This document shows positions 37,730 through 45,721 of a stretch of DNA of 64,000 nt, piece after piece. Source of the DNA: a virus. Each line of letters opens with the position of its first letter. Position 1 is the stretch's first letter. The stretch spans positions 32,001 to 96,000 of IMG/VR virus record IMGVR_UViG_3300042465_006864; one strand, written 5' to 3'. The translations under genes were made by a program, and so were the position numbers. The notes beneath the pieces were generated by a model. The model saw only the letters and a program-made list of their open reading frames with translations, made no database searches and was not told the origin of the DNA.

Positions 37730-37879
37730 TTAGACGAACTCCAGAGTGCCTAACGGAACTTCATCCTCGCGCCCATCCTCAAAGCGGATGAGTGCGCGAT
37801 TTCCAACTGGAGTATTTACAACTTCGACAAGCTCAACTTCTGAGCCACAGTAAATGACGATTTCGATTTCTTCGATCAT
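37730..37879 (-). CDS. small hypothetical cassette protein (49 aa)
   Basis: Start MIEEIE after TATTCT-TTCCCCGCC; stop within GTCTAAC. Confidence 0.65.
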   Translation of the reverse strand: MIEEIEIVIYCGSEVELVEVVNTPVGNRALIRFEDGREDEVPLGTLEFV

Positions 37880-37984
37880 GGCGGGGAAAGAATAGAATGT
37901 TTTTGCGGTTAAGTCAACAAGTTTTTTTGTTTTTTTTTGCATTTTTTTTGAGGGGACGGCTTTCGCCGCCCCCTCTGCCATGCA

Positions 37985-38281
37985 TCAAGCCACCACGCTT
38001 GAAAATTGTTTGTCGATCTTGCCACACTTGAAAAGCAAAACCTTTTCAGGTTTGAAGCAAAAGTAACCGTTACGGTTGCGGTCAACGGCGAACATATAAC
38101 CGTCTTGACGGAGCGCATCAGTAGCAGGGGAACCAGTTCCCTTGACTAGACCAGTGAAACGATCTTTTGCGTTAATCGTGCGGATTGTGCCATCTTTCTT
38201 GACAAAAGTGAGGGAAAAGAATTTTCCTTTTGTTGCTTCGATGAGGGCTGTGATTTCTTCTTTTGTTGGTGCGTTTTGCAT
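37985..38281 (-). CDS. SH3-fold/WYL-like small phage protein
   Basis: GKFFSLTFVKKDGTIRTIN motif; start MQNAP. Confidence 0.65.
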   Translation of the reverse strand: MQNAPTKEEITALIEATKGKFFSLTFVKKDGTIRTINAKDRFTGLVKGTGSPATDALRQDGYMFAVDRNRNGYFCFKPEKVLLFKCGKIDKQFSSVVA

Positions 38282-38342
38282 GATGTTTATTTGGTTAGTA
38301 GTAGGCGGGGAAAGTGTAAGCGGTTTTTTGAAGTTTGTCAAC

Positions 38343-38528
38343 TTATTTTTTGCTGTTTTGAATAAAAGTTTGCAAACGTGCAAGAGTGTAGCAAGTTGCG
38401 CCGAAAACAAGGAAACAAATACAATCAAACAATTCGTTTTTTCCGCCATAAATGGCGAAAGCGCAAAGGCTGAAAGTAGGCGAGAGGGTGACAATAGCGG
38501 AGGCAATGATGGTAAATGCATGTTTCAT
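38343..38528 (-). CDS. small membrane protein
   Basis: Two hydrophobic segments; own promoter. Confidence 0.6.
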   Translation of the reverse strand: MKHAFTIIASAIVTLSPTFSLCAFAIYGGKNELFDCICFLVFGATCYTLARLQTFIQNSKK

Positions 38529-38698
38529 TTTTTTTTGGTGTTGTTAGTAGGCGGGGAAAGAATAGTCTTTTTTTTGGCATCCGTCAACATTTTTTTTGTT
38601 TTATTTTCGAAAAAAAGTTTTGTCATAATGTGTTTTTTTTCTTGACAAGTTTCTAACAGAAAATACTTTTTTGACTTGTTAGGCATCATGCATCTGCA

Positions 38699-38785
38699 TA
38701 AACCGTTGAGCGTCAACGACTTACGCCAAAACGACCCCGAAGGGGTCGCGTCGATGTAAGTTGTTGAGTATCAACGACTTATGAC
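38699..38785. repeat. 87-bp dyad element, copy 7 (loop GAA)
   Basis: Direct sequence match. Confidence 0.95.
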
Positions 38786-38957
38786 GATTGTCATCGCGCT
38801 ATGTTGTCAAGATTTTTTTTTCACTTTTTTTCTGTTAGAGAGCGCCCCCCTTTTTTCTGTTAGAGAGGCGCTGAGTCTAACGATTTTTATTTTCGGTCCG
38901 CTATCAGGAACAGCAGCACCGCAACAATCAAGAGAAAAATCATTTTTTTGTTAGGTG

Positions 38958-39653
38958 TTAGTGTTCGATCACGAAACCGCTTTCGTCTTTTTTCGCCTTG
39001 CCTTTCTCGACAAGTCCAACAATTTTTCCCGCGCCATCAAGAAAGCGTAAATCCGTTTCATCGCCATTTACAACGTCCACGCCTAACCATTTCGAGGGTA
39101 GCGACTTTCTGAAAACCATTGCGACATTGCCGCCCGATTTCAAAATTGATTCTGCGATTGCGCCGTTTGTTTCAGACTTGGAAAAAGTCAAATGATAATT
39201 TTGCGGCATTTCACCAGCAAGAAAAGCGGTCATGCGTTCGGGGGATTTTGTGTAATCATAGAATTGCACACTAGGAAACAAATCAAAAACACTTTGCCCG
39301 TTGAGTTTGATTTTCTCCCATGGTAAATCACTGGTAAGATTGAGGCGGAAAACAGCAGTGAGATTTTGCTTTTCGGCAGATTTAACGGCGGCAGTAATTT
39401 CTTTGATTAACTGCGACAAGAAAACAGCTTTATCCTTAAAGAATAAACGAGTTTTTTCGATGCGTGAATTTTGCACGTTGGAGAATGCGCCCATGCCAGC
39501 AGTATTGAGACAGGCAGCGGCACAACCTGCGCTTGCATCTTTGCAGACGTTGAAGCCAGAGAGAGAGGCGGGAGCGAGGTGAATTCCGAACGTGCGGAAA
39601 CCGATTTTTTCACCTTTGCGGATTTTAGCATTTGCTGTGGTAAGTAATTTCAT
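38958..39653 (-). CDS. Gp88-like phage protein, paralog 2
   Basis: Colinear with and highly similar to 32914..33612. Confidence 0.75.
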   Translation of the reverse strand: MKLLTTANAKIRKGEKIGFRTFGIHLAPASLSGFNVCKDASAGCAAACLNTAGMGAFSNVQNSRIEKTRLFFKDKAVFLSQLIKEITAAVKSAEKQNLTAVFRLNLTSDLPWEKIKLNGQSVFDLFPSVQFYDYTKSPERMTAFLAGEMPQNYHLTFSKSETNGAIAESILKSGGNVAMVFRKSLPSKWLGVDVVNGDETDLRFLDGAGKIVGLVEKGKAKKDESGFVIEH

Positions 39654-39704
39654 GACAGGGAAAAGTTAGCAGATTGAGAAAAAAAGTCAACAGTTTTTTT
39701 TGTT

Positions 39705-39881
39705 TTATTTCAGATTTTGCACAGTGTGAGAAATTCTGATGAACCAAGCGCAAGAAGCCAAGAAGCCAATGATTGCGCAAGCGTGTGATTCTGTGGTGGT
39801 GGATTGTGCGCCCCAAACAATGAACACGATGCACATAATGAGTGAGATGATCGAAGAGGCAAGGATGATGAAGTATTTCAT
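39705..39881 (-). CDS. small membrane protein (58 aa)
   Basis: Manual translation MKYFIILASSIISLIMCIVFIVWG..., after TTCCCCGTC. Confidence 0.6.
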   Translation of the reverse strand: MKYFIILASSIISLIMCIVFIVWGAQSTTTESHACAIIGFLASCAWFIRISHTVQNLK

Positions 39882-40031
39882 GACGGGGAAAAAGTAGCAT
39901 TTTATAAGCTAACGCGCAAGTATTTTTTTCTATTTTTTATTTATTTTTTTTTGCGTCATAGTGCATTTTTTTGTTGACAAACTCCTAACAGAAAACGCTT
40001 TTTTTAGTTGTTAGAAGCCTAACAGATTTCG

Positions 40032-40118
40032 TAAACCGTTGAGCGTCAACGAGTTACACCAAAATGACCCCTTCGGGGTCGCCTCGACGTAAGTCGTTGA
40101 GTATCAACAACTTATGAC
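40032..40118. repeat. 87-bp dyad element, copy 8 (loop TTC)
   Basis: Direct sequence match. Confidence 0.95.
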
Positions 40119-40143
40119 GATTCGAGGCGCAGCGTAAGAACTG

Positions 40144-40395
40144 TTAGAAGTCGCCGCAGCAGCCATCCATGCCCCACTCGCTGATCTCATGGCGATCTTC
40201 GTAGGCGGCATCGAGCCAATAGTCTTCGTTGCCTTCGTCACTGTAATCCGTCCAATGCCCATCGAGGTGGGAGTCATCAAGAAAGATTTCTTCTGGAGGG
40301 TCAGGGAGTTGATCGGCAGCGTCTGCGAAAGCTTCGCAAGCGGCAACATATTCTTCGTATTCGGCGGGGCAGTTGATGAAAGGGTGGTTAAACAT
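40144..40395 (-). CDS. very acidic small protein (possible DNA mimic)
   Basis: 83 aa, D/E-rich with almost no K/R; TATAAT-TTCCCCGTC-ATG upstream. Confidence 0.7.
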   Translation of the reverse strand: MFNHPFINCPAEYEEYVAACEAFADAADQLPDPPEEIFLDDSHLDGHWTDYSDEGNEDYWLDAAYEDRHEISEWGMDGCCGDF

Positions 40396-40535
40396 GACGG
40401 GGAAATTATACTCCGAAACACATAGAAACGCAACAACTTTTTTCTATTTTATGCAAAAAAAAAGTTTTGTCATAAAGCGTTTTTTTTCTTGACAAACATC
40501 TAACGAAAAAAGGTTTTTAACACGCTGCGTCTTCG

Positions 40536-40622
40536 TAAACCGTTGAGCGTCAACGACTTACGCCAAAACGACCCCGTAGGGGTCGCGTCGATGTAACTCG
40601 TTCATTATCAACGACTTATGAC
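40536..40622. repeat. 87-bp dyad element, copy 9 (loop GTA)
   Basis: Direct sequence match. Confidence 0.95.
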
Positions 40623-40693
40623 GATTGTATTTTTTTTTATTTTTTTCTTGACAAGGGAGCCAGCCTTGCGACTGACTCCCGATCTGTTAGATG

Positions 40694-40945
40694 TTAGACT
40701 ACGAGGTCAATTCCAGAGATGTGAAGATTGCGATATTTACTTTCGCCGCCATCATCAACGTCTAACGCTTTTACAGTGACGTATCGCTTGCCGTTCGCGG
40801 CAAATGCTACTTTGTCCACCGCTTCAATCTTGAGAACGCGAACGCCATCAGCTTTGACTTTCGAGTTTTCAGCAAAGTAGCGCACGGTTTTGTTGACGAG
40901 GGCGGAAACGACTTGTTCGGTAGGTGTATTGTAATCGAAGAACAT
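40694..40945 (-). CDS. hypothetical cassette protein
   Basis: Own promoter; stop within GTCTAAC. Confidence 0.7.
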   Translation of the reverse strand: MFFDYNTPTEQVVSALVNKTVRYFAENSKVKADGVRVLKIEAVDKVAFAANGKRYVTVKALDVDDGGESKYRNLHISGIDLVV

Positions 40946-40979
40946 AACGAGGAAAAGATAGAAGATTTTTGCGGTATTG

Positions 40980-41177
40980 TCAAGATTCTTTTATGAAAAC
41001 TGAGATTATCCAAGCGGAACAGCAAGCAGTGAAAAGAGAAAGCGATCCCAAAAGATAAGTTGTCATATTTTGAGGGCAGCACACAAGAAACGAAAGACTT
41101 GCAAGCGGAGATAAAAAGCCGCTAGTCACAAGACAAATAGCGATAGTTGATTTGATATTTTCGATGGTTGATTTCAT
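40980..41177 (-). CDS. small membrane protein
   Basis: Two hydrophobic segments; own promoter. Confidence 0.6.
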   Translation of the reverse strand: MKSTIENIKSTIAICLVTSGFLSPLASLSFLVCCPQNMTTYLLGSLSLFTACCSAWIISVFIKES

Positions 41178-41243
41178 AGTAGTTAGTTGGTTGCGAGAGA
41201 AAGATAGAAGATTTTTGCGAGATTGTCAATAAGTTTTTTTGAT

Positions 41244-41555
41244 TTATTTTTCGACAATCTCAAAAACTGTTGTGATGTATTCGCGCACAGTGCAGAATGT
41301 TTTCGTGGTGATGTTTTCCCAAGGGATGATTTGTTCAATCACTGCGCCATAGTTGCAGTATTGAGCAAGACCTTCAGTCCTTGTAACACCCATGATTTCA
41401 TCACCTACTGCGTAGGTTTTGATTTGACCATAACCATAGTCAATCGTCAATTCAACTTTTGCAAAGTATTTATCCTCATATTTTTCTGTTGCTTTGTTAG
41501 CAGTATTGAGGGCGATTGCTTTATATTGTGGCTTGAGGTTAGGTTGAGCGTTCAT
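41244..41555 (-). CDS. hypothetical cassette protein
   Basis: Start MNAQP after a TACACT-TTCCCCGTC module. Confidence 0.6.
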   Translation of the reverse strand: MNAQPNLKPQYKAIALNTANKATEKYEDKYFAKVELTIDYGYGQIKTYAVGDEIMGVTRTEGLAQYCNYGAVIEQIIPWENITTKTFCTVREYITTVFEIVEK

Positions 41556-41718
41556 GGTTAGTATTGGTTGACGGGGAAAGTGTAACGCATAACGCATGAA
41601 AGCGCAAGAACTTTTTTATCTTTTTTTCTTTTTTTATTTTGCGGCATAATGCATTTTTTTCTTGACAAAACTCTAACAGAAAATGTTTTTTCGTGCATAG
41701 TATAGCACAGCGTATGCG

Positions 41719-41805
41719 TAAACCGTTGAGCGTCAACGACTTACGCCAAAACGACCCCGAAGGGGTCGCGTCGATGTAAGTCGTTGAGTATCAACAACTT
41801 ATGAC
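41719..41805. repeat. 87-bp dyad element, copy 10 (loop GAA)
   Basis: Direct sequence match. Confidence 0.95.
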
Positions 41806-41890
41806 GATTGTTATTGTGCGATGCTGTCAAGTTTTTTTTCGTTAGACTAACAGTTTTTTTTCTGTTAGCCTAACGGTTTTTTTCGTTAGA

Positions 41891-42073
41891 CTAACGGATT
41901 TGAATGAAGTGCAGTGACTGATAGCCAACCCAACCTTTTTCAAAGATGGCAAAGTTTTTTTCATCCCAATGCGAAAAAATTCCGTAGTTTGTTTTTGTTC
42001 CTTTTGTTAGAAGGCTAACAAGTTTTGCGTGAACGGCGGCGAAGTAAGCGGGAGTAAGTGAAGAAGTTTTCAT
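41891..42073 (-). CDS. hypothetical protein
   Basis: TACACT-TTCCCCGTC-ATG. Confidence 0.65.
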   Translation of the reverse strand: MKTSSLTPAYFAAVHAKLVSLLTKGTKTNYGIFSHWDEKNFAIFEKGWVGYQSLHFIQIR

Positions 42074-42102
42074 GACGGGGAAAGTGTAACGGTTTTTTCG
42101 GA

Positions 42103-42279
42103 TTAACGCAAGCTTTTTTTTGTTTTATTTATATTTTTTATTTCGACCATTCCATTTACTTCGTGAGCTATTTTTTCAGCCTTAGCAAGCAATTCTGAGA
42201 ATGTTGAACCGATATTGTTAGGAGCGAAACAATTAACGAATGCGCCTTCTGAGTTTCTGATGATAATGAGCTTTTTCAT
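42103..42279 (-). CDS. hypothetical protein (58 aa)
   Basis: Manual translation MKKLIIIRNSEGAF..., after TACACT-TTCCCCGTC. Confidence 0.6.
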   Translation of the reverse strand: MKKLIIIRNSEGAFVNCFAPNNIGSTFSELLAKAEKIAHEVNGMVEIKNINKTKKSLR

Positions 42280-42356
42280 GACGGGGAAAGTGTAGCGGTT
42301 TTTTGCGATGAAGTCAACAATTTTCTTTTGTTTTTTTTGGGGGGGAGTATTGGAAC

Positions 42357-42563
42357 TTATGCCAGTTCCTCGGCTTCGATGATGTCATCATCGTGCAGGT
42401 GCTTGGGGTGAAAAGGGCAAGCACCAAGAAAACCAACATAAGATTTTTCATTGGCAGTAAACTCGACTTCCCAGTCTGCCCAATTATCATCCACACGATC
42501 AGCGATGGAAACGAAAGACAAGTCGGAAACGGTGGATGCGGAGAATTGAAGTAACTTATTCAT
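42357..42563 (-). CDS. hypothetical acidic protein
   Basis: TATACT-TTCCCCGTC-ATG. Confidence 0.65.
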   Translation of the reverse strand: MNKLLQFSASTVSDLSFVSIADRVDDNWADWEVEFTANEKSYVGFLGACPFHPKHLHDDDIIEAEELA

Positions 42564-42915
42564 GACGGGGAAAGTATAACCTGAAACGCGTAGAAACGCA
42601 AGAACTTTTTTGTGTTATGCGAAAAAAACTTTTGTGTCATACGTGAAGAAAAAACTTGACAAGACCCCCCCTATTTCTCAAAAAATGCGCAATAGTTCTG
42701 TTAGAAAAGAGCGGGGGGGATACTATTCTCAGTCTCCCAAACTCCCACCAACATCACTCCCCACCCAGAGCGCCAGACGGTGTTCTGTGCTGCTCCGCAC
42801 CAGACCCCCCACCCCTTTTGTCAAAATCGCGAGACACATTCTCAGAACAACCTAAAAAAACCCAAAAAAAATCCCCCACCCTGTTTTCATAAAACCTTTT
42901 GTAATCAGAAAAAAG

Positions 42916-42921
42916 GTGTAA
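42916..42921 (+). promoter_or_regulatory. putative late promoter motif GTGTAA (representative copy)
   Basis: Same hexamer lies 8-9 nt before the ATG of eight genes (see findings). Confidence 0.7.
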
Positions 42922-42930
42922 TACTTTACG

Positions 42931-43773
42931 ATGTCAGTTATACGATACGAAAATATTCCAGTCTCTATGCCCCGAAACGATTCGGCTGGTAAGAAATACA
43001 TTGCACCCGCAAACAGTGTATCTATTTCTCATTCCGCGAAAACAAATGCATATAGAACTCTTGCCCCGAATACTTTTCCAGAAATGAGAGTTGGCGGCAA
43101 CACAGATACCAAAATAACTATCGCATTTCCGCTGTGCAACAAGTTTGCCAATAATGTTTCTTCTGCTGATTCATACAATTTCGGATCAGGCGTTTTCGCT
43201 AATCTTACAGGAACAGGCAGCACTGACATAACAATCGGGAATCGAACATTCAGTGGATGTTATCTTGACAGCTTGTCTATAGACATTGCGCCATTTCAAG
43301 CTGCAACGATGTCCACCTCTTTTACATGCACGAATCCACCTACAGGTCTATCAATGCTTTCGGGGCTAAGTACAGGTGAAACAAACATGACCAGCAAATT
43401 TGCATATGGTCATTTCGCAGTACTTTCGGGGGCTGATAATTATTCTTCTGATGTTCACTCTAGCATTTCCTTTTCTCTTGATTTAAAAAGAACCTATTCC
43501 TATGCAATTTCTAAGCGCAACGCTTACAATGTCTTTTTGGATGAAGCAAACAAGCAACTACAAATAAAAGCAACAAACATAAAAACATTTATCAACGAGT
43601 CTGGAGCGCTTTCTTCTTTTTCTGTTGATTTAAAAAATGAATCGGGTGAATACGTTTTGCCATCAGGAACGCTGTCAACTTCTTCTCGCGGCAGATTAAA
43701 TGCACAAAATCTATCTTCTTCGCCGCCAAATATTTTCATCGCAGATGTAACTATTGACGAACCATTGCTCTAA
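42931..43773 (+). CDS. putative structural (tail-associated) protein
   Basis: 280 aa, S/T-rich; late motif upstream. Confidence 0.6.
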   Translation: MSVIRYENIPVSMPRNDSAGKKYIAPANSVSISHSAKTNAYRTLAPNTFPEMRVGGNTDTKITIAFPLCNKFANNVSSADSYNFGSGVFANLTGTGSTDITIGNRTFSGCYLDSLSIDIAPFQAATMSTSFTCTNPPTGLSMLSGLSTGETNMTSKFAYGHFAVLSGADNYSSDVHSSISFSLDLKRTYSYAISKRNAYNVFLDEANKQLQIKATNIKTFINESGALSSFSVDLKNESGEYVLPSGTLSTSSRGRLNAQNLSSSPPNIFIADVTIDEPLL

Positions 43774-43792
43774 ATGAGTGTAAACTATACAA

Positions 43793-44524
43793 ATGCCTAA
43801 AAAACGATTTAGTCAGTCGGACTCGGTTGAGATTCAATTGAATCAAACCAGCAAAATTAAAACCAAGAAAAAGAATTTCAGATTCACCCCAAAACAGGTT
43901 CAACTGCTGGGGATGATACTAGACCCCGAAAATAAAATCATTTTTATATCTGGAGCTGCGGGAACTTCTAAAACATATATGGCGCTTTACGGAGCAGTCG
44001 AAATGATGTCAGAAGACCCCGAAAAACAACTGATTTATATTCGCAGCATCATTGAAAGTGCTGACAAAGGACTTGGTAGCTTGCCTGGAGATATTGCAGA
44101 AAAGTTTGATCCATTCTTGATGCCTCTCTACGATAAGTTGGAAGAGATCGTTTTGCCGCAAGATGTGGCGCATCTTAAATCAACAGGAAGAATAAGTGCC
44201 GCACCAATTAACTTTCTGCGTGGAGCAAGCTGGACGAACAAAATTATTGTCGCTGATGAAGCTCAGAACTTTTCCGCGAAAGAACTTATTACTTTGATTA
44301 CAAGAATTGGAGAAGGCTCAAAGATTATCATCTGCGGCGATGCTATGCAGAGTGATATTGGAAAGCTCAAGACAGGCTTTATGCCTCTACTCAATACTTT
44401 TAATGATGAAGAAAGTAAGCAAAAAGGAATTCAAACATTCGTATTCACTAAAGAAGATATTGTTCGCAGCGAAATCTTGAAATTCATCGTGAAAAAGTTA
44501 GAAGAGGGCGACTTTCATGTGTAA
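43793..44524 (+). CDS. phoH: PhoH-like ATPase
   Basis: GAAGTSKT, LGSLPGD, FLRGASW, ADEAQN, TRIGEGSK and GDAMQSD motifs. Confidence 0.93.
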   Translation: MPKKRFSQSDSVEIQLNQTSKIKTKKKNFRFTPKQVQLLGMILDPENKIIFISGAAGTSKTYMALYGAVEMMSEDPEKQLIYIRSIIESADKGLGSLPGDIAEKFDPFLMPLYDKLEEIVLPQDVAHLKSTGRISAAPINFLRGASWTNKIIVADEAQNFSAKELITLITRIGEGSKIIICGDAMQSDIGKLKTGFMPLLNTFNDEESKQKGIQTFVFTKEDIVRSEILKFIVKKLEEGDFHV

Positions 44525-44644
44525 ATAATTATAACAGGGTTACACACAACGCTCGCAGCGAAATGCAGGAAATATACGTGTATTCCCTGCCTTTTCGTGC
44601 CTTTTTTTATATTGAAAAAACGGTAAAAAAACTCATTATTAATT

Positions 44645-45031
44645 ATGAGCGTTATTTACTGTTCTGAGTGCGGAAAAAAGCACGAATATAATTTTGCAAA
44701 GCCCAACTTTTGTTCTAGTTGTGGCAGTCCCTTCGGGGCAGCTAAGCTTAAAAAGCAAAAGCCTAAAGAAGAAGAGGAAGAGGACTACGAAGATGAAGAT
44801 GAATATGAGGACGAAGAAGATTTCGAAGATGATGGCGAATCATTTACCAATTCTACTCGCGTTCCCAATATCAGAAAAATCCAAGTAGATATTGAAACAG
44901 CAGCACATTACAATACTTTTGATCTTGGATCTATTATAGGATCTGAATCAAATCCAGTGCCAAAAGGTTCAACACCTCGAAGAAAAAACCGTCCAACTTC
45001 TCTCGAAGACTTTAAACAGAAAAGAAAGTAA
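44645..45031 (+). CDS. Zn-ribbon protein with acidic tract
   Basis: YCSECG...NFCSSCG, poly-D/E. Confidence 0.7.
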   Translation: MSVIYCSECGKKHEYNFAKPNFCSSCGSPFGAAKLKKQKPKEEEEEDYEDEDEYEDEEDFEDDGESFTNSTRVPNIRKIQVDIETAAHYNTFDLGSIIGSESNPVPKGSTPRRKNRPTSLEDFKQKRK

Positions 45032-45721
45032 GTGGAATCTCCTAAAAAAAAGACATACGAAGAGTGCTATACTATTATAGACACTGTTGTTTCAAAATAT
45101 CAAAGCAAGTGGAGGCTCAACGCCATAAACTGGTTTGACTTTGAAGATGTAGCGCAAATTGTTAAAACTCACATTTTTAAAAAGTGGCACTTGTGGGATC
45201 AAGAGCGACCATTGGAGCCTTGGGTTTCGAGAATCGCTTCTCACCAAATCAAAAATATAGTACGCAACAATTATACGAACTATGTTAAGCCTTGTATGTC
45301 TTGCCCCCACAATCTTGGAGACAATCTATGCTCTTTGACGAGATCAGGAGATCAAAACTCTTCTTGCACAATGTATGCAAAATGGGCTAAATCAAAGCGT
45401 CAAGGATATGGCGTAAAGATGCCGCTAGCAATGGAAAACCATCAGCAAGAGATTGATTTATTTACTGATTCTGGTGTTGATTTTGATGCATCTATCGAAA
45501 GAATAAATGAAGTTCTAAAAAAAGAATTATCTGAAGAACATTATCAAGTGTATATGATGTTGTTCTTTGAAGATGCGTCAGAGGACGATGTAGCAAAGTA
45601 TATGGGGTATAAAACTTCTGAAAAGAATCGTGCCGCTGGCTACAAGCAGATTAAAAATCTCAAAAAAATGCTGAAAGAAAAAGTGCAACAAATTATTGCC
45701 AAAAACGACATCATACTATGA
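45032..45721 (+). CDS. phage sigma-70-family factor (candidate late sigma)
   Basis: Region-2-like FEDVAQ...KKWHLWDQERPLEPWVSRIASHQIKN; region-4-like LSEEHYQVYMM...SEDDVAKYMG; Cys-rich insert. Confidence 0.7.
   Translation: MESPKKKTYEECYTIIDTVVSKYQSKWRLNAINWFDFEDVAQIVKTHIFKKWHLWDQERPLEPWVSRIASHQIKNIVRNNYTNYVKPCMSCPHNLGDNLCSLTRSGDQNSSCTMYAKWAKSKRQGYGVKMPLAMENHQQEIDLFTDSGVDFDASIERINEVLKKELSEEHYQVYMMLFFEDASEDDVAKYMGYKTSEKNRAAGYKQIKNLKKMLKEKVQQIIAKNDIIL

Noticed and set aside
32114-41805. CRISPR array interpretation of the palindromic repeats
   Set aside because: The repeats are 87 bp, the intervals are mostly 0.4-1.9 kb and contain whole genes, and no cas genes are seen.
32114-41805. MITE or IS interpretation of the 87-bp element
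   Set aside because: No target-site duplications or transposase are evident. All copies are co-oriented, intergenic and confined to one region.
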